From assembly GCF_004010195.1 (NCBI RefSeq), contig NC_057749.1:21674331-21738330 (forward strand): 64,000 bases of DNA. Reading direction: 5' to 3'. The position numbers and the translations under genes are program-made. Numbering within the stretch: the first letter of the stretch is position 1; the number at the start of each line of letters is the position of its first letter. The notes under the pieces are model-generated. The model had not been told where the DNA came from, searched no databases, and worked only from the letters and a program-made list of their open reading frames with translations. Source of the DNA: Chiloscyllium plagiosum (taxonomy: Eukaryota). Below, piece after piece: positions 24,746 through 37,329 of the stretch.

Positions 24746-25949
24746 TCTGGTTCTGGACAGACCCTGCCTAACATCACTGTTCCATGCAGCTTGAAGCAGT
24801 ATGTTTTTCTCTCTTGACATTAAGTCTCGACACTGGGCTTGCGTAGCCTTTACTAATTGCCCTGGACTTTGTGGCAAATTTCAGTTTGAATTTGACATTA
24901 TTCTGCTGAATTAACAAAAAAAATTAGCTGGAATAGTGCTGCCTGTGTTAAATATCTGTTTGCAGCTATTTTGAACAATTAGCTCCTTTGCATGGAGAAT
25001 CTTCTGCCTGCCTTTTCTTTTGCTCCCTTGGCATGTTATTTCCTGTACCGCACAGATTCTTTCTAATTTAATAAATTCATTAGTCTATTGTATCTTCTGA
25101 CTACTTCTCTTGCAGTGTGAATGGGTCAGGGCTTTGATGAATGGTTTATAAAGAACTTGCTTCGGGCTATGATTTTCGCACCGAAGTACTGATTCAGTAA
25201 TCAGCAGATGCTCGGAGAACAGGAGGATGTTTGGGTCACCAGTGGATTTCCTCTCTTGAGCCGCTAACTCAGAGACATTAAGGATCTAATACGCCATTAT
25301 TCTGTCTCCCTTAAGATTGAATTGCCTGTCCTTTGGGTCTGCGCTGTAATAAACTAGGGCTTTAGGAGCAGTCTTTGGGGAAAAATAGCAATGTTCAGAA
25401 GTGCTCTTGACTCTAACTCGATACATCTGCGGCTATTTGGGAAAAAAATTGACATTGAGACACATAGCAATCAGCAAGAAGTGTGTGACGGAGCATTTAA
25501 ACTTGACAGCAAATCTGCAACTTCACCGGTCCTCAGTCCAGGGTCTCTGAAACAAAGGCTCTGATATTATTGCCAGAAATTGTCAATTGCTGGGAAGATT
25601 TCAAGGATCTAGCCTCAGATTTCCAGGACAGCATTTCTCATTTAGTTGTCCTTTTTAATAAAATCCAGGATTACACTAGCTATGGAACTGGTTTATTTAA
25701 CACACTGGTCGCTGCACCCGGGAAACATCTTGTTGAGACATGCTTGCCACAAGGTTGCATGATGTCTGACAATCTTAGCATTTGATTTGATCAATTTAAA
25801 CTACTCCCATACGTTGGGAGCTTCCTCACAGGGATGGCAGACACAGGCGATAAAATTCAATGTCGTCTCCAGTTCCCCAGCGATGCCCCATCGACCATCT
25901 CAAGTACGGAGTGGTTGGTAGCAAGGATCTCAAACCAGGCCACTGGTCC

Positions 25950-27045
25950 CTGAGGGTATCAGGACGCGAGCATAAAGTGACTAAGGAGATGTCTGGGCTG
26001 CCTGCCTTTATTCGTCAACGCGCAGAATTTAAGAGCGAGGAGGTGATGCTGGAACTGTGTGAAAGGTTGGGCCATGGCTACAGCGTATAGTGTGTGGTTG
26101 GGGAATCCACGCTGTATGAGGAATGTGATCACACTGAAGAGGAGATTTACCAGGACGTTGCCTGAGCTGGAGTGTTTCAGATGTGAAGACACTTTGGACA
26201 GGCTGGGGCTGTTTTCGAAGAGGAGATTGAGAAGGGACACGTGGGCGGCACGGTGGCACAGTGGTTAGCACTGCTGCCTCACAGCGCCAGAGACCCGGGT
26301 TCAATTCCCGCCTCAGGCGACTGACTGTGTGGAGTTTGCACGTTCTCCCCGTGTCTGCGTGGGTTTCCTCCGGGTGCTCCGGTTTCCTCCCACAGTCCTA
26401 AAGATGTGCAGGTCAGGTGAATTGGCTATGTTAAATTGCCCGTAGTGTTAGGTAAGGGGTAAATGTAGGGATATGGGTATGGGTGGGTTGTGCTTCGGCA
26501 GGTCGGTGTGGACTTGTTGGGCCGAAGGGCCTGTTTCCACACTGTAATCTAATCTAATCTAATCTAATCTAATCTAATCTAATCTAAAAGGTATAAAGTT
26601 ATGAGGGGTTGGGTGGGCAGGAAGAAACATTCCCCCCCCCCCTTTTGATGGAGCAATCAATGACTGAGGAACACAGGTTTAAGGAAAGGGGCAGGAGGTT
26701 TGGAGACGATGTGAGGAAACCCTTTTTCACCCAGAGGATAGTAAGATTCAGGAACTCATTGCCTGTAAGGGTGGGAGAGGCAGACACCGTCAAGCATTGA
26801 AGATGTGTACTTGTGATGCCAAGTAGGAGACAGTGAGGACTGCAGATGCTGGAGACCAGAGTCAAGATTAGAGCGGTGCTGGAAAAGCACAGCAGGTCAG
26901 GCAGCATCCGAGGAGCAGGAAAATCGACATTTCTGGCAAGAGCCCTTCATCAGGACCAAGTACTGGGGGATAGTTAGATGCTTAGTTTTGACTGGCGCAA
27001 ACCTGATGAGCTGAAAACCCTTTCTCTGTTCTGTCGATCTCTGTA
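25950..27045 (+). mobile_element. CR1 LINE 3' part with nested HE1 SINE and family A element (26826-26955)
   Basis: RRFTRTLPELECFRCEDTLDRLGLFSKRRLRRD, resuming after the SINE as HRFKERGRRF..KPFFTQRIV. A 7-bp ccaagta duplication flanks the family A insert. Confidence 0.8.
26243..26587 (+). mobile_element. Full-length, young HE1-like V-SINE with (TAATC)n tail
   Basis: tRNA-like head (A box tggcacagtgg, B box ggttcaattcc), central ctgtgtggagtttgcacgttctcccc domain, LINE-like 3' end gggccgaagggcctgtttcc, then about 8 taatc units. Confidence 0.93.
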
Positions 27046-28087
27046 ACTCTACCTACAGTCCACAGCAGTGTGTCCAGTGCTGTCCTGAATGAAATAGAGA
27101 CACGAATAATGTACAGGCGACTCCTCAAACACTGAGAGAAATAACACCAGCAAAACCTCCGCAAACTCCTGCAGAGTAGATGCTCGTTTATATCGGTAGC
27201 TGTAAGGGCAGAAGGAGGTCATTCGGCCCATCGAGTCCGCTCTGTCGTTCGATGTGATCACGTGACCTCTCTCGGGCTGACCCCCCCCCCAGGGTTGGAG
27301 ACCTTGGTTACAGCCAATCAGCTGCCCGACACCAGACTCCCAGAATGAGCACGCTCCTTCAAACTCTGTCACAGGAAAGGCTTCATGGAATCTCGAGCCC
27401 AGTCCGGCCCAAACCGGTGAAGAGGTAGTCGCACGGTTGCCGGTGGTTTTGAGTGTCACCAACAGGCCCAGGGTGGAAGCCGATGGCAAACTGTGTGAGA
27501 GTGCGAGGATCCCTCGGAGCTACCTTTTCCAGTTTGAGGGGAACACAGCGAGCTTGAGCTGTATCGTCAGCTCAGGGCCCACTACCCCAGAGTATAGCAG
27601 CAAGTCACCCTCACCTTCGAGTGACTGCCCAAGGGAAGAAACCACTTCCAAACACGTTCTTCCACTCTCCATTACACAAAGTAGGTTCAATTTACATCTC
27701 CAACTATCAGAGTCTTTCAGAATCCACTTCTCTATAATCTCCATTTATAAGAACCAGGCCATTCAGCCCCTTGAATCTGCTCCACCATTCAATACCATCC
27801 TGGATGATCACATCTTGGCCATCACATCTACTTTCCTTCCTGCTCTCCATAGCCTTCGATTCACTAAGAACTGTCTCCTGTTTCCTGGGCTGAGGGTGTT
27901 CCCCCATCCACCTTCATTCCCAGATGAAATTATATTCAAAGAGAAGGTGCTGCATTTAAGTAGCCACACAATTTCTCCGAGCTAGATGCTCTGAGGAGAC
28001 TGCTGGTGAAACATCCTCAGTCACCCTGTCACAACAGGGACATACATTAATGTGTACCCAGTGACACAAGGCAGAAAATACCAGGGG

Positions 28088-28705
28088 GATTAGGGTTAGG
28101 GTTACAGTTTGCGTTAGGGTTGTGGTTAGGACTGGGTCAGGGTTAGAGTTAGGATTAGGGTTAGGGTTAGAGTTAGTGTTATGGTTAGGGTTCAGGTTAT
28201 AGTTTGGGTTAGGGATTGGGATAGATTAGAGTTCGAGTTCAGGTTAGGGTTCGGATTAGGATTAGGGTTAGAGTTTGAGATAGGTTAGAGTTAAGGTTAG
28301 GGTTAGGTTAGGATTATAGTTAGAGTTAGGGGTTAGGATAAGTTAGAGTTAAGATTAGCGTTCGGTTAGGGTTAGGGTTAGGGGTTGAGGTAAATTAGAG
28401 TTAAGATTTGGGTTAGGTTAGGGTTATAGTTAGAGTTAGGGGTTAGGATAAATTAGAGTTTAGATTAGCGCTAGGTTAGGGTTAGGGGTTGAGGTAAATT
28501 AGAGTTAAGATTAGGTTTAGGTTAGGGTTATAGTTCGGGCTAGAGTTTGGGATAGGTTAGAGTTAAGGTTAGGATTAGGTTAGAGTTAAGGATATAGTTA
28601 GGGTTAGAGGTTAGGATAGGTTAGAGTTAAGATTAGGTTTAGGGTTATAGTTAGGGTTAGGGGTTGGGTTAGGTTAGAGTTAAGGTTAGGGTTAGGGGTT
28701 GGGTT
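28088..28705 (+). repeat. Degenerate (TTAGGG)n-like interstitial telomere-type tract
   Basis: Mix of ttaggg, ttagag, ttaaga and ttatag hexamers, with short perfect ttaggg runs. Confidence 0.9.
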
Positions 28706-29116
28706 GGATGTCTACCCCTCCCATCCTCAGGGAGGAGAATATTTTGCTGGACCTCACTGTTGTCACTATGACCTTCAGGATTGACTGAAACCCAGGGAGC
28801 AGCCTTTCAGTCATTTGTTTCCATCCTGTGGCAAATTCTTCCTTCTCAAGAGTATTTTTAATCAAGAAATATTGGCTCATCTCAGAGTGGAGGAAAGTGT
28901 GTGGAGAAACAAATGTATATCTGTTCCACCTCCTGTCATTTCCCATTTGAAACATTTTTGCCTTCAGGCTGTATACCTGACACGGTAAATATATTTTGTA
29001 AATATTCAGACTATTGCAAACATATTGAGTGCCATGTTCCGTTTGGGGACAAGTTAAACTTTATTGCAAATTCTGTAATATGTAAGTTGAGATGTTTTTT
29101 TGAATTTTTTTCTCAA

Positions 29117-29358
29117 ACAGAATCCCTACAGCTGGAAGTAGGCCATTCAGCATTCACTGACCCTCTGAAGAGCATCCCACCCAAACCCAGTACCCCACAT
29201 CTTGGGACTGTGAGAGATAACCTGAACATGCTGCAGAAACCCACAAAGACACAGGGAGAGCATGCAAACGCCACACAGAGAGTCACCCAAGGCTGGAATC
29301 AAACCCAGGCCCCTGGTGCTGTGAGGCAGCAGTGCTAACCACTGAACCACCGCGCCAT
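29117..29358 (-). mobile_element. HE1-like V-SINE
   Basis: Reverse-complement SINE consensus. Confidence 0.85.
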
Positions 29359-29756
29359 GTAGCAACGCTTATGAATAAAGTATATTTCTGGGGGAACAAG
29401 GTGGCCGCTACAGCCAGTAATGATTGTAGGAACAAGAGAAAGACAGGAAAAATACATATTAAGATCTACAATCACATTGAGTGGAACAAGTTGTATGGGG
29501 ACAAAAACAGAAATTGCTGGAAAAGCTCAGCAGGTCTGGCAGCATCTGTGAAGGGAAATCAGAGTTAACATTTCAGATCGAGTGACTCTTACTGAGAACT
29601 TGCACGGGGACAAGTTGAATAATCTTGCACATTCTGTAATATGCAAGTTAAAACGTTTGTTATATATTTTAACAAATGTTATGGATAAAGTATAATTTTA
29701 GAAATAAAATCATCAATCTTCTGCTCAGTGTTGCCCTATTCTGAATCTTTTTTTTA

Positions 29757-30045
29757 AGATTAGATTACTTACAGTGTGGAAACAGGCCCATCGGCCCAAC
29801 AAGTTCACACTGACTCTCTGAAGAGCAACCCACCCAGACCCATTCCCCTACACACAATTTAGCATGGCCAATTCACCTGACCTGCACATCTTTGGACTGT
29901 GGGAGGAAACTGGAGCACCCAGAGGAAACCCACACAGACACTGGGAGAATGCGCAAACTCCACACAGACAGTTGCCCAAGGTGGGAATTGAACCCAGTTC
30001 TCTGGCACTGTAAGGCAGCAGTGCAAACTGCTGTGCCACCATACC
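29757..30045 (-). mobile_element. HE1-like V-SINE
   Basis: Reverse-complement SINE consensus with tail (agatt). Confidence 0.88.
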
Positions 30046-30236
30046 ACCCACCTTGTTGCTGTTCATTCAAAAAGAGATCATTTCACCAGATACCAACAGC
30101 ATGGGTTCAATTCCTATCACTGGTTTGAGGTTACCATGAAGGACTCTCCATCTCAATCTCTTCCATCACCTGAGGTCTGGTAGTCTTCTGGTAAAATCAC
30201 CACCAGTTGCTTCTCTCTGTAATAAGACAGCAGCCT

Positions 30237-30360
30237 GGAGAAGGGCTCATGCCCGAAATGTCGATTCTCCTGCTCCTTGGATGCTGCCTGACTTGCTGCG
30301 CTTTTCCAGCAACACATTTTCAGCTCTGATCGCCAGCATCTGCAGTCCTCACTTTCTCCT
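30237..30360 (+). mobile_element. Single-arm family A element
   Basis: gaagggctcatgcccgaaatgtcgattctcctgctcc...gcatctgcagtcctcactttctcc, flanked by an agcagcc duplication. Confidence 0.8.
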
Positions 30361-32232
30361 AGCAGCCCCTATGGTCTGGTAAGACAATGGTGACACAACA
30401 AACTTTCTAACTTAGTTTGGATTTGAGATTCATGTTTAATAGAAGCTAGCAGTTGACTTCAAAAGTGATTTACAGAATTTCTTATCCTGACGAAAAGACT
30501 ATCTGTGTCTTACCTTTCTCCATTGTAAGTTGTAATTAAACAGCAAATCTTTTATCCACTTGTGGAATGTGGGCATCACAGACTGGGATGCATTTATTGT
30601 CCGTCCCCATTTGCCCTTGAGAAGGTGGAAGTGGGCTGCCTTCCAGTTGCACTATGTACTAATTTAAACAAGTCAAATTTTAGATAATTAAGTTTATTCA
30701 TGTTTCCCAACACAGACCTGAAGCTAAACCAAGCTGCCTAATCTATGATGCGTTGCCCATTGTACCAATAGTTAAAGGAAAGCAAAGCATTGCTGGAGAT
30801 CTAAAAGTCAATACAGACAGGGAGGGGGAAATTCAGCTGGTCTGGCAGCGACTGTGGAGACAGAAACAGAATAAAATATGACTCTTCCTCAGAACAAATA
30901 ATTAACATTGGTTACAGTAAGCTGAAAATGACACCATGCCTTCCTAGTCAGGCAGCCACTTGGCAATTGTCTCAAATTGCATTTTCCAAACTGCGGTGAC
31001 CATGAGGTGAGATATTTCTGGGGGGGATGGAAGGATTGCATGGTTCCATCTGGGTGGATCATGTGCGATCTGTCAAGCACCTGAAGGAGTTTCTTTCTGA
31101 AAACCCTGCGCCAAAATGAATAATTAGCTGGAATAATTAGCAGGTTGAAGATGAATTTCCACACTGTGTTGTCCAGGACACTATCAAGGATAACAGGTGT
31201 TAAAAGTGCCTGGGAGGGACAAAGATTAAAGATTATTTCATTATCTAGCTTCCTTCAGGCAGGGGAGATGTGCTAGTTTACGCAGCCATGAACAGTCAGG
31301 TCTGACTTGGGGCTCACTTCCCCCTTGTGGCGGATTTGTTACTGGGCCTGTGTATGACAGAGAGTGAATATTGTTTAATCTGTTTGAATGCTCTGTCCTT
31401 GACGTCTTTAAACTGAGCTCGCAAATCAGCCAACATTCCTCACATCATTTTTAAAGTGAGTACATATTAGTTTAATGTTAGCCTGTGAGAGGCTGCCACA
31501 GGTCAGCCACAGTTATTGGATTAATTGGCAGTAATTCTTTAATTACAGAACTATACTCTTACAGAATTCACTCAGATTATTTTGTCTCCTTGTACAGGAC
31601 AGAGCAACATATTTAATCTCCTCGCCAAATGTGCGGCATGTGTCAAAAGGCACTAAAGTGGTATTTAAATTGTCACAAAGTTGTTGTAAATTCGTACTTC
31701 GGGCTAAAAATCAATTTATTTCAATTCGCAACTTTAAAAAAGACAGTATCACTATTACTGACACTAGTTCCCAAATACCTAAGTGTTTTTCACATTTTGA
31801 TCCCAAATATTTTCAAAGTTGTTATTTTAAAAGCACAGCATTCACCATCACTACTTTTCCTCTTTAAACTCCAAGAGCTTCTACAGTGGGATTTGAAATG
31901 GTGCTGCCAGAATATTTGCATAGGCCCTTGAACTAGCAGCTAGCCTGGTACTCCAGATTACTAGTGCAGAACCTAGTCTGGTCCTCTGAATTACTGATCT
32001 GGTAATTAGCCTGCTCTTCTGGACTACCTGTTCTAATAGTGAGTCTGGTCTTCTGGATTACTGGTCTAATAACTAGCCAGATCCTCCAGATTACTTGCAT
32101 AATAATTAGCTTGGTCCTCTGGATTATTGGACTATTATCCAGCCTTATCCTCTGTATTACTAGTCTAGTAATTAGCCTGGCCATCCCTATTACCCTTGTA
32201 GATATTAACTCTTTCCTTTGGATTACTTGATT

Positions 32233-32510
32233 ACAGCGCCAAAGACCCGGGTTCAAATCCCACCTCAGGCAACTGCGTAGAGTTTGCACATTCTCCCCGG
32301 GTCTGTGTGGGTTCCCTCCGGGTACTTTGGTTTCCTCCCACAGTCCAAAAATGTGCAGGTTTGGTGAATTGGCCGTGGGAAATTGCCCGTAGTGTTAGGT
32401 GAAAGGGTAAATGTAGGGGAATGGGTTTGGGTGGGTTGCTCTTCGGAGGGTTGGTGTGGACTTGTTGAGCCAAAGGGCTCGTTTCCGCACTGTAAGTAAT
32501 CTAATCTAAT
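32233..32510 (+). mobile_element. HE1-like V-SINE (5'-truncated)
   Basis: acagcgccaaagacccgggttcaaatccc...ctgtaagtaatctaatct. Confidence 0.85.
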
Positions 32511-32645
32511 AATGATTTGGAGATGCCGGTGTTGGACTGGGATGTACAAAGTTTAAAATCGCACAACACCAGATTATAGTCCAACAGGTTTATCCGGAGG
32601 CACTAGCTTTTGAAGCACTGCTTCTTCATCAGGTGGTTGTGGAGC
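32511..32645 (-). mobile_element. Family B short hammerhead-bearing element
   Basis: Minus strand reads cac-CTGATGA-agaagcagtgcttc-AAAA-gcta-gtg followed by aaacctgttggactataatctggtgttgtg...ccagtccaacaccggcatctccaaatcat. Confidence 0.75.
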
Positions 32646-32809
32646 AGAATTAGCTTGTTCCTCAAGATTATTGGTCTCGTATTTAGTGTGGACTTGTTGA
32701 CTACTTGTCTCGTAATTAGGCTGGATGTCTGGATTACTGGATTTGTAATTAGCTGAGTCATCTGGGTTTCTGGTGTAGTAATTAGTCAGGTCCTCAGTAT
32801 TACTCATCT

Positions 32810-33125
32810 AGATACCAACTCCCTCGAGCTGTTTAGGGAGATGTGGGCACCGCAGGGAGTGGAATGTATTATATCCCCCACCAACTCTATTTTGATTTAA
32901 TCCCTGCCCTCCCCTTCACTGTTTGATCACGCAGCATTACCCTTTGATGTGAAGGGTATTGCTTGTCACTGGCCATTTGGGTGTTTCCTGTCTTCCTGGT
33001 GGTGAGAATTGAATAAAGATTTGTTATCTTTCACTGTGTCTTACACCTGCACAACACAACATGGGTGCTGGGGACAAAATAAGCACTACCGCAGTTAGAG
33101 GGTAAGGTGGGGGAAAGGGAGAGAA
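32810..33125 (+). mobile_element. Tx1-clade (L1-like) LINE 3' end
   Basis: Translates LELFREMWAPQGVECII, resembling the Tx1 ORF2 C-terminal F..RWAP motif, followed by a 3' UTR containing aataaa. Confidence 0.55.
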
Positions 33126-34125
33126 AATATACATATATATATATATTACTGGGCTAGTAATTAGCCCAGTCCATTGGATTACTGCTCTATCAGAAGACTG
33201 GCCCTCAGAATGAGTGACCTAGTAATGAGTTTACTCCTCCAGATTACGACTGTACTAATTAGCCTGGTCCTCTGTATTACTGAACTCTAGAGCAACCTTC
33301 CACATGGTCTACTGCTCTCTCTCTTTTCCCCCGTTTTAAAGCATCATTGTTTTGACCCTCTTTTTTTCGCAAAGTTCCAAAACAAAGGAACAGTTTGTAA
33401 AACAGTAATTACTGCCACAAGAAATCGAGGAAATCAGCACCAGCACTGAAATCAACTTCAAAAAAAGAGGAGCAGCTCTTACAGCCATGATTTTCTTCCA
33501 TCCACATTTTAGATTCTGGATGGGCACATGAACAGGAAGGGTTTCGAGGAATATGGATCAAAAGCTGGCAACTAGGCCGAGGTCAGATTGGGATGCCTAG
33601 ACAGCATGGACAGGTTGGACCAAAGGATGTTTCTTTGCTGGATATCTCTATGACTCAACAGGTCTAGTAATTAACCTGATCCTTCAGATTACTGGTATAG
33701 AAATTAGATTTGTCCTCTGGATTACTTGCTTAGTGATTAGACTGATCCTCTGGATGACCGGTCTAGTAATTAGCACAGTCCTCTGGATTAATGGTTTAGA
33801 ATTTAGCCTGGCCCTCTGGATTACTGATGTAGTAATTAGCCTAGTCTTCTGGATTACCACTCTAGTAATAGCCTGGTCGTCCAGGTTACTGGTCTCATAA
33901 ATAGCCTGGTCATAGAGTCACAGAAATGTACAGCATGGAAACAGACTCTTCAGTCCAACTTGTCCGTGCCGACCAGATATCCCAACCTAATCTAGTCCCA
34001 CCTACCAGCACCTGACCTGTATCCCTCCAAACCCTTCCTATTCATAAACCCATCCAGATATTTGGCTGAGAAAAGAATAGCAGAACAAATATGGCAGTGA
34101 CAGGGAATGTGTAGATGTTCCCAAG

Positions 34126-34337
34126 GTTGAGAGTGTGTTGCTGGAAAAGCACAGCAGGTCAGGCAGCATCCGAGGAGCAGGAAAACTGACGTTTCGGGCC
34201 AGAACCCTTCATCAGGGATAGGGCTCCGACCCGAAATGTCGATTTTCCTGCTCCTCGGATGCTGCCTGTCCTGCTGTGCTTTTCCAGCAATACACTTTCA
34301 ACTCTGACCTCCAGCATCTGCAGACCTCACTGTCTCC
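34126..34337. mobile_element. Fold-back family A element with 14-bp TSD
   Basis: tagatgttcccaag at 34112-34125 and 34338-34351. Minus-strand core CTGATGA-agggttctggccc-GAAA-cgtc at ~34188-34215. Confidence 0.9.
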
Positions 34338-35344
34338 TAGATGTTCCCAAGATGCAGTCTGAGAAGAAGAAATGTCGGATAAGATAAATGTTCAACTATG
34401 AGCCAATATATTGCAGCTATATGCTAAAGAGATTGTTCAGGCTGGCAATCAATTGCATAAATAGACCAGAGAAGGCAAAAAATAGGTTCAAAGGGGACAT
34501 ACGATAAATACATTAAAACTTGCACCCTGTTTGTTCGCATACATAATGGAATATAATGTTTTGATGTTTATAACTAGGTGAGGCTCTGTCAAGAACTTAA
34601 AAAATGCATTTTCTGTAAGATAGGACATGGGCCATGTGTGTGATCAACAGAATGCAACATTGGGAATGATCCTACAGGTCAGGCTTTCTTGTAATTAGGT
34701 AGTGAAGTAAATGGTACTCTTCAGATTACTGGGGTTGTGGGGGAAACCTGCAGGTATAGATGACAGCACTGATCGTACATGGTACCTAACACAGAGCTGA
34801 ACGTTGTGAGGACTTTCCGAGTTGTTTAGAATTGCCTGGATTTGTATTGAATCTCATAAAGTTGCACAGAATTATGCAGAACCAGATCAAAGTCAAAGAG
34901 TATTACAGAATAGTACAGAACAGACATAGACCATTTCACCCATCAGTCTTCACTGGCACTATCAGGTTAGTCCCACTTTTCAAAAATGTGAGATGTGGGC
35001 ATCATTTGGCAAAAATCCTGCTTTTCTTTCCTAACGAGTGCTGGTGGTCCTGAAACCACAGAACAGAATTCAGCTGCTCATATCGCCGTGCCTGGGAATG
35101 TGCAGTGTATCAGTTGATATCCCCTGTCTTGGAATGTAAACATAAAGCATAAAAACCATGAATATAGGCACACGAGGAGGCCACCGTGGCCTAAGAACCT
35201 GCTCCACTATTCACTGTGCACATTGTCCATATTAAATCCATGAGCCCTCGGAACCATCAATCTCAGCCTTGAATATTATCAATGAGTGAGTGTCTGCTGC
35301 CCCCTGGGGTACAGAATTTCAAATGTTCACAGCCTCAAGAATGA

Positions 35345-35910
35345 CTTTTGATTTCATTTTACTATTGTCATATGTACTGAGATACAGTGAAAGTATTTTT
35401 TTTGCGTGCCATCCAGGCAAATTATACCTTATGTAAATACATCACGGTAATATAACATTGTGTAGAATATAGTGCTACAGCTATAGAGGAGGTGCAGAGA
35501 TGGACCAACTTTAATATATGAGAGGTCAGTTCAAATGTCTGATCACAGCAGGGAAGAAGCTGTTGGTACATGCTTTCAAATGTTTGTATCAGCTGCCCAA
35601 TGGAAGAGGGTGGGAGAGATTATAACCAGGGTGGGAGGGGTCTTTGATGATGTCGGCTGCTTTCCCAAGGCAGCAGGAAATGTAGATGGAGTCAATGGAT
35701 GGAAAGTTGGTTTGTGTGATGGACTGGGATGTGTTCACAACTCTCTGCAGTTTCTTGTGGTTTTGGGCAGAGCAGTTGCCAAACCAAGCTGTGATGCATC
35801 CTGGGAGGATACCTTCTATGGTGCATAAATAAAAGTCAATAAGAGTCATTGTGGACTTGCCGAATTTCCTCAGCCTCCTGAGGGAGTAGAGGTATAGGTG
35901 TGTTTACTTG
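35345..35910 (-). mobile_element. Rex1/Babar LINE 3' fragment
   Basis: FYLCTIEGILPGCITAWFGNCSAQNHKKLQRVV...IIKDPSHPG. Confidence 0.85.
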
Positions 35911-37329
35911 ACAATCCCTCTGTTCCTGATCTTGGAGAGTGAGGGGATGCTGAGTTGTGAGCTGTAATTTCTGAAATCAGTGTTACTGCAGTGAGTTACT
36001 TTAAAATAGCCCATTATACGTGTTGAACTTTGACAGATCAATGAATGTTTGAAAGCACAAATGTGGTCTTCTGTCCAGACTGCCTGTAACCTTTCAACTT
36101 GAGATCAGGGGTTCACTGTCTAAGTATGTGAATAGGAAAGGTTTGGAGGGATACGGGCCAGGAGCTGGTAGGTGAGACTAGTTTGGGATTATCGTTGGTA
36201 TGGACTGGTTAGAATGAAGGGTCTGTTTCCATGCTGTATGACTTTATGATACAAGGTAGGCCATTTAGGACTGAGGTTGGGAGAAATTTCTTCACCCAGA
36301 GAGTGGTGAGTCTGTGGAATTCTCTGCCATAGAAAGTGGTTTAGGCCAAGACACATGGTTTTCAAGAATGAGTTCTCAGGGTAAAGGGATAAAAGTGTAT
36401 GTGTGGAAAGTGGGAGCAGGGATGAACACATCGAATGGCAGAGCAGGCTCGAAGGGCCGAATGGCCTATTCCTGCTCCTATGTTTCTTCCAGGACTGGAT
36501 GATCTGACAATCACCAGTTTGCTGAGAGATGTTTCAGAAAGGAGACAATTACGAGATTGTTAGTGGCTCCAAAGTTGTTAAACATAGGCTGCGCTTTATA
36601 GCAATTCGTAAACATTATGATAAAGGCAGGGAACAAACATATCCACTTGAAATTAAAATAACGGCATCCAAACGGGTATCAGAAATAAATGCTACAAACT
36701 GTAATCAGTGACGCCCAAGGTACTAAATATAATTCATCCTTCTCAGATGCATCAAAAGAATTATTGAGGTTATAAAGAGGCCCTTGGGAAAATGCTGTGC
36801 AATTACTGGACTTTTCAGCTTAACTGCCCTTGTACCTACGGGAGAACTTGAAGCATGTGTCATGGTCCAATCTGCATTTCTTTTGAAAAATTAAAGAAAT
36901 CGTTACGCCATTGGACCGAATCGTAAAAAACAAGCGGCCAAAGGGTCGACCCATCTGAAACGTGAAGGACCCCATTCTCCAACCCCATCGATTACTTCAA
37001 CTATTGATTTGGATTAATGTTGGTATACCGCAGCGAGTTTGCTATACTTTCAGAAAGCAAATGTCAATGTGCAGCTTTCCTCAGTACTAAGGGCAAAAAA
37101 TAAAACCACTACTGGCTGGATTCGAGAATCTGATTAAGCTCATGCCTCTGCACTAAATGAGGAGCTCTGATCGTCAATCGTCATGGGGGTTGGACAGTGG
37201 TAACTAATCCAAAGACCCAGACTAATGTGCTGGGGATTTAGATTCAAAGCCAACCACAGAAGCTAGTTGAATTAAAATTCAATTAACCAAACCTGCAATT
37301 TCAAACTAGTAATGGTGACCATGACAATT

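Larger units (their letters stand above)
31933..33910. repeat. Degenerate ~33-bp minisatellite (CTGGTCTAGTAATTAGCCTGGTCCTCTGGATTA) broken by several insertions
   Basis: Units recur at 31933-32230, 32645-32805, 33148-33290 and 33660-33910. Confidence 0.85.

Noticed and set aside
25134..25192. C/D box snoRNA (TGATGA...CTGA)
   Set aside because: No terminal stem, no recognisable guide sequence and no identified host intron.
26243..26320. tRNA gene
   Set aside because: The tRNA-like head continues into the SINE body and tail and is repeated many times; it is a SINE head.
27437..27985. 182-aa ORF as a host gene
   Set aside because: No recognisable domain, non-ATG start, and the 3' half runs into CR1 3'-UTR-like sequence.
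31933..32289. Repetitive-protein ORFs
   Set aside because: Artefact of a 33-bp minisatellite plus SINE sequence.
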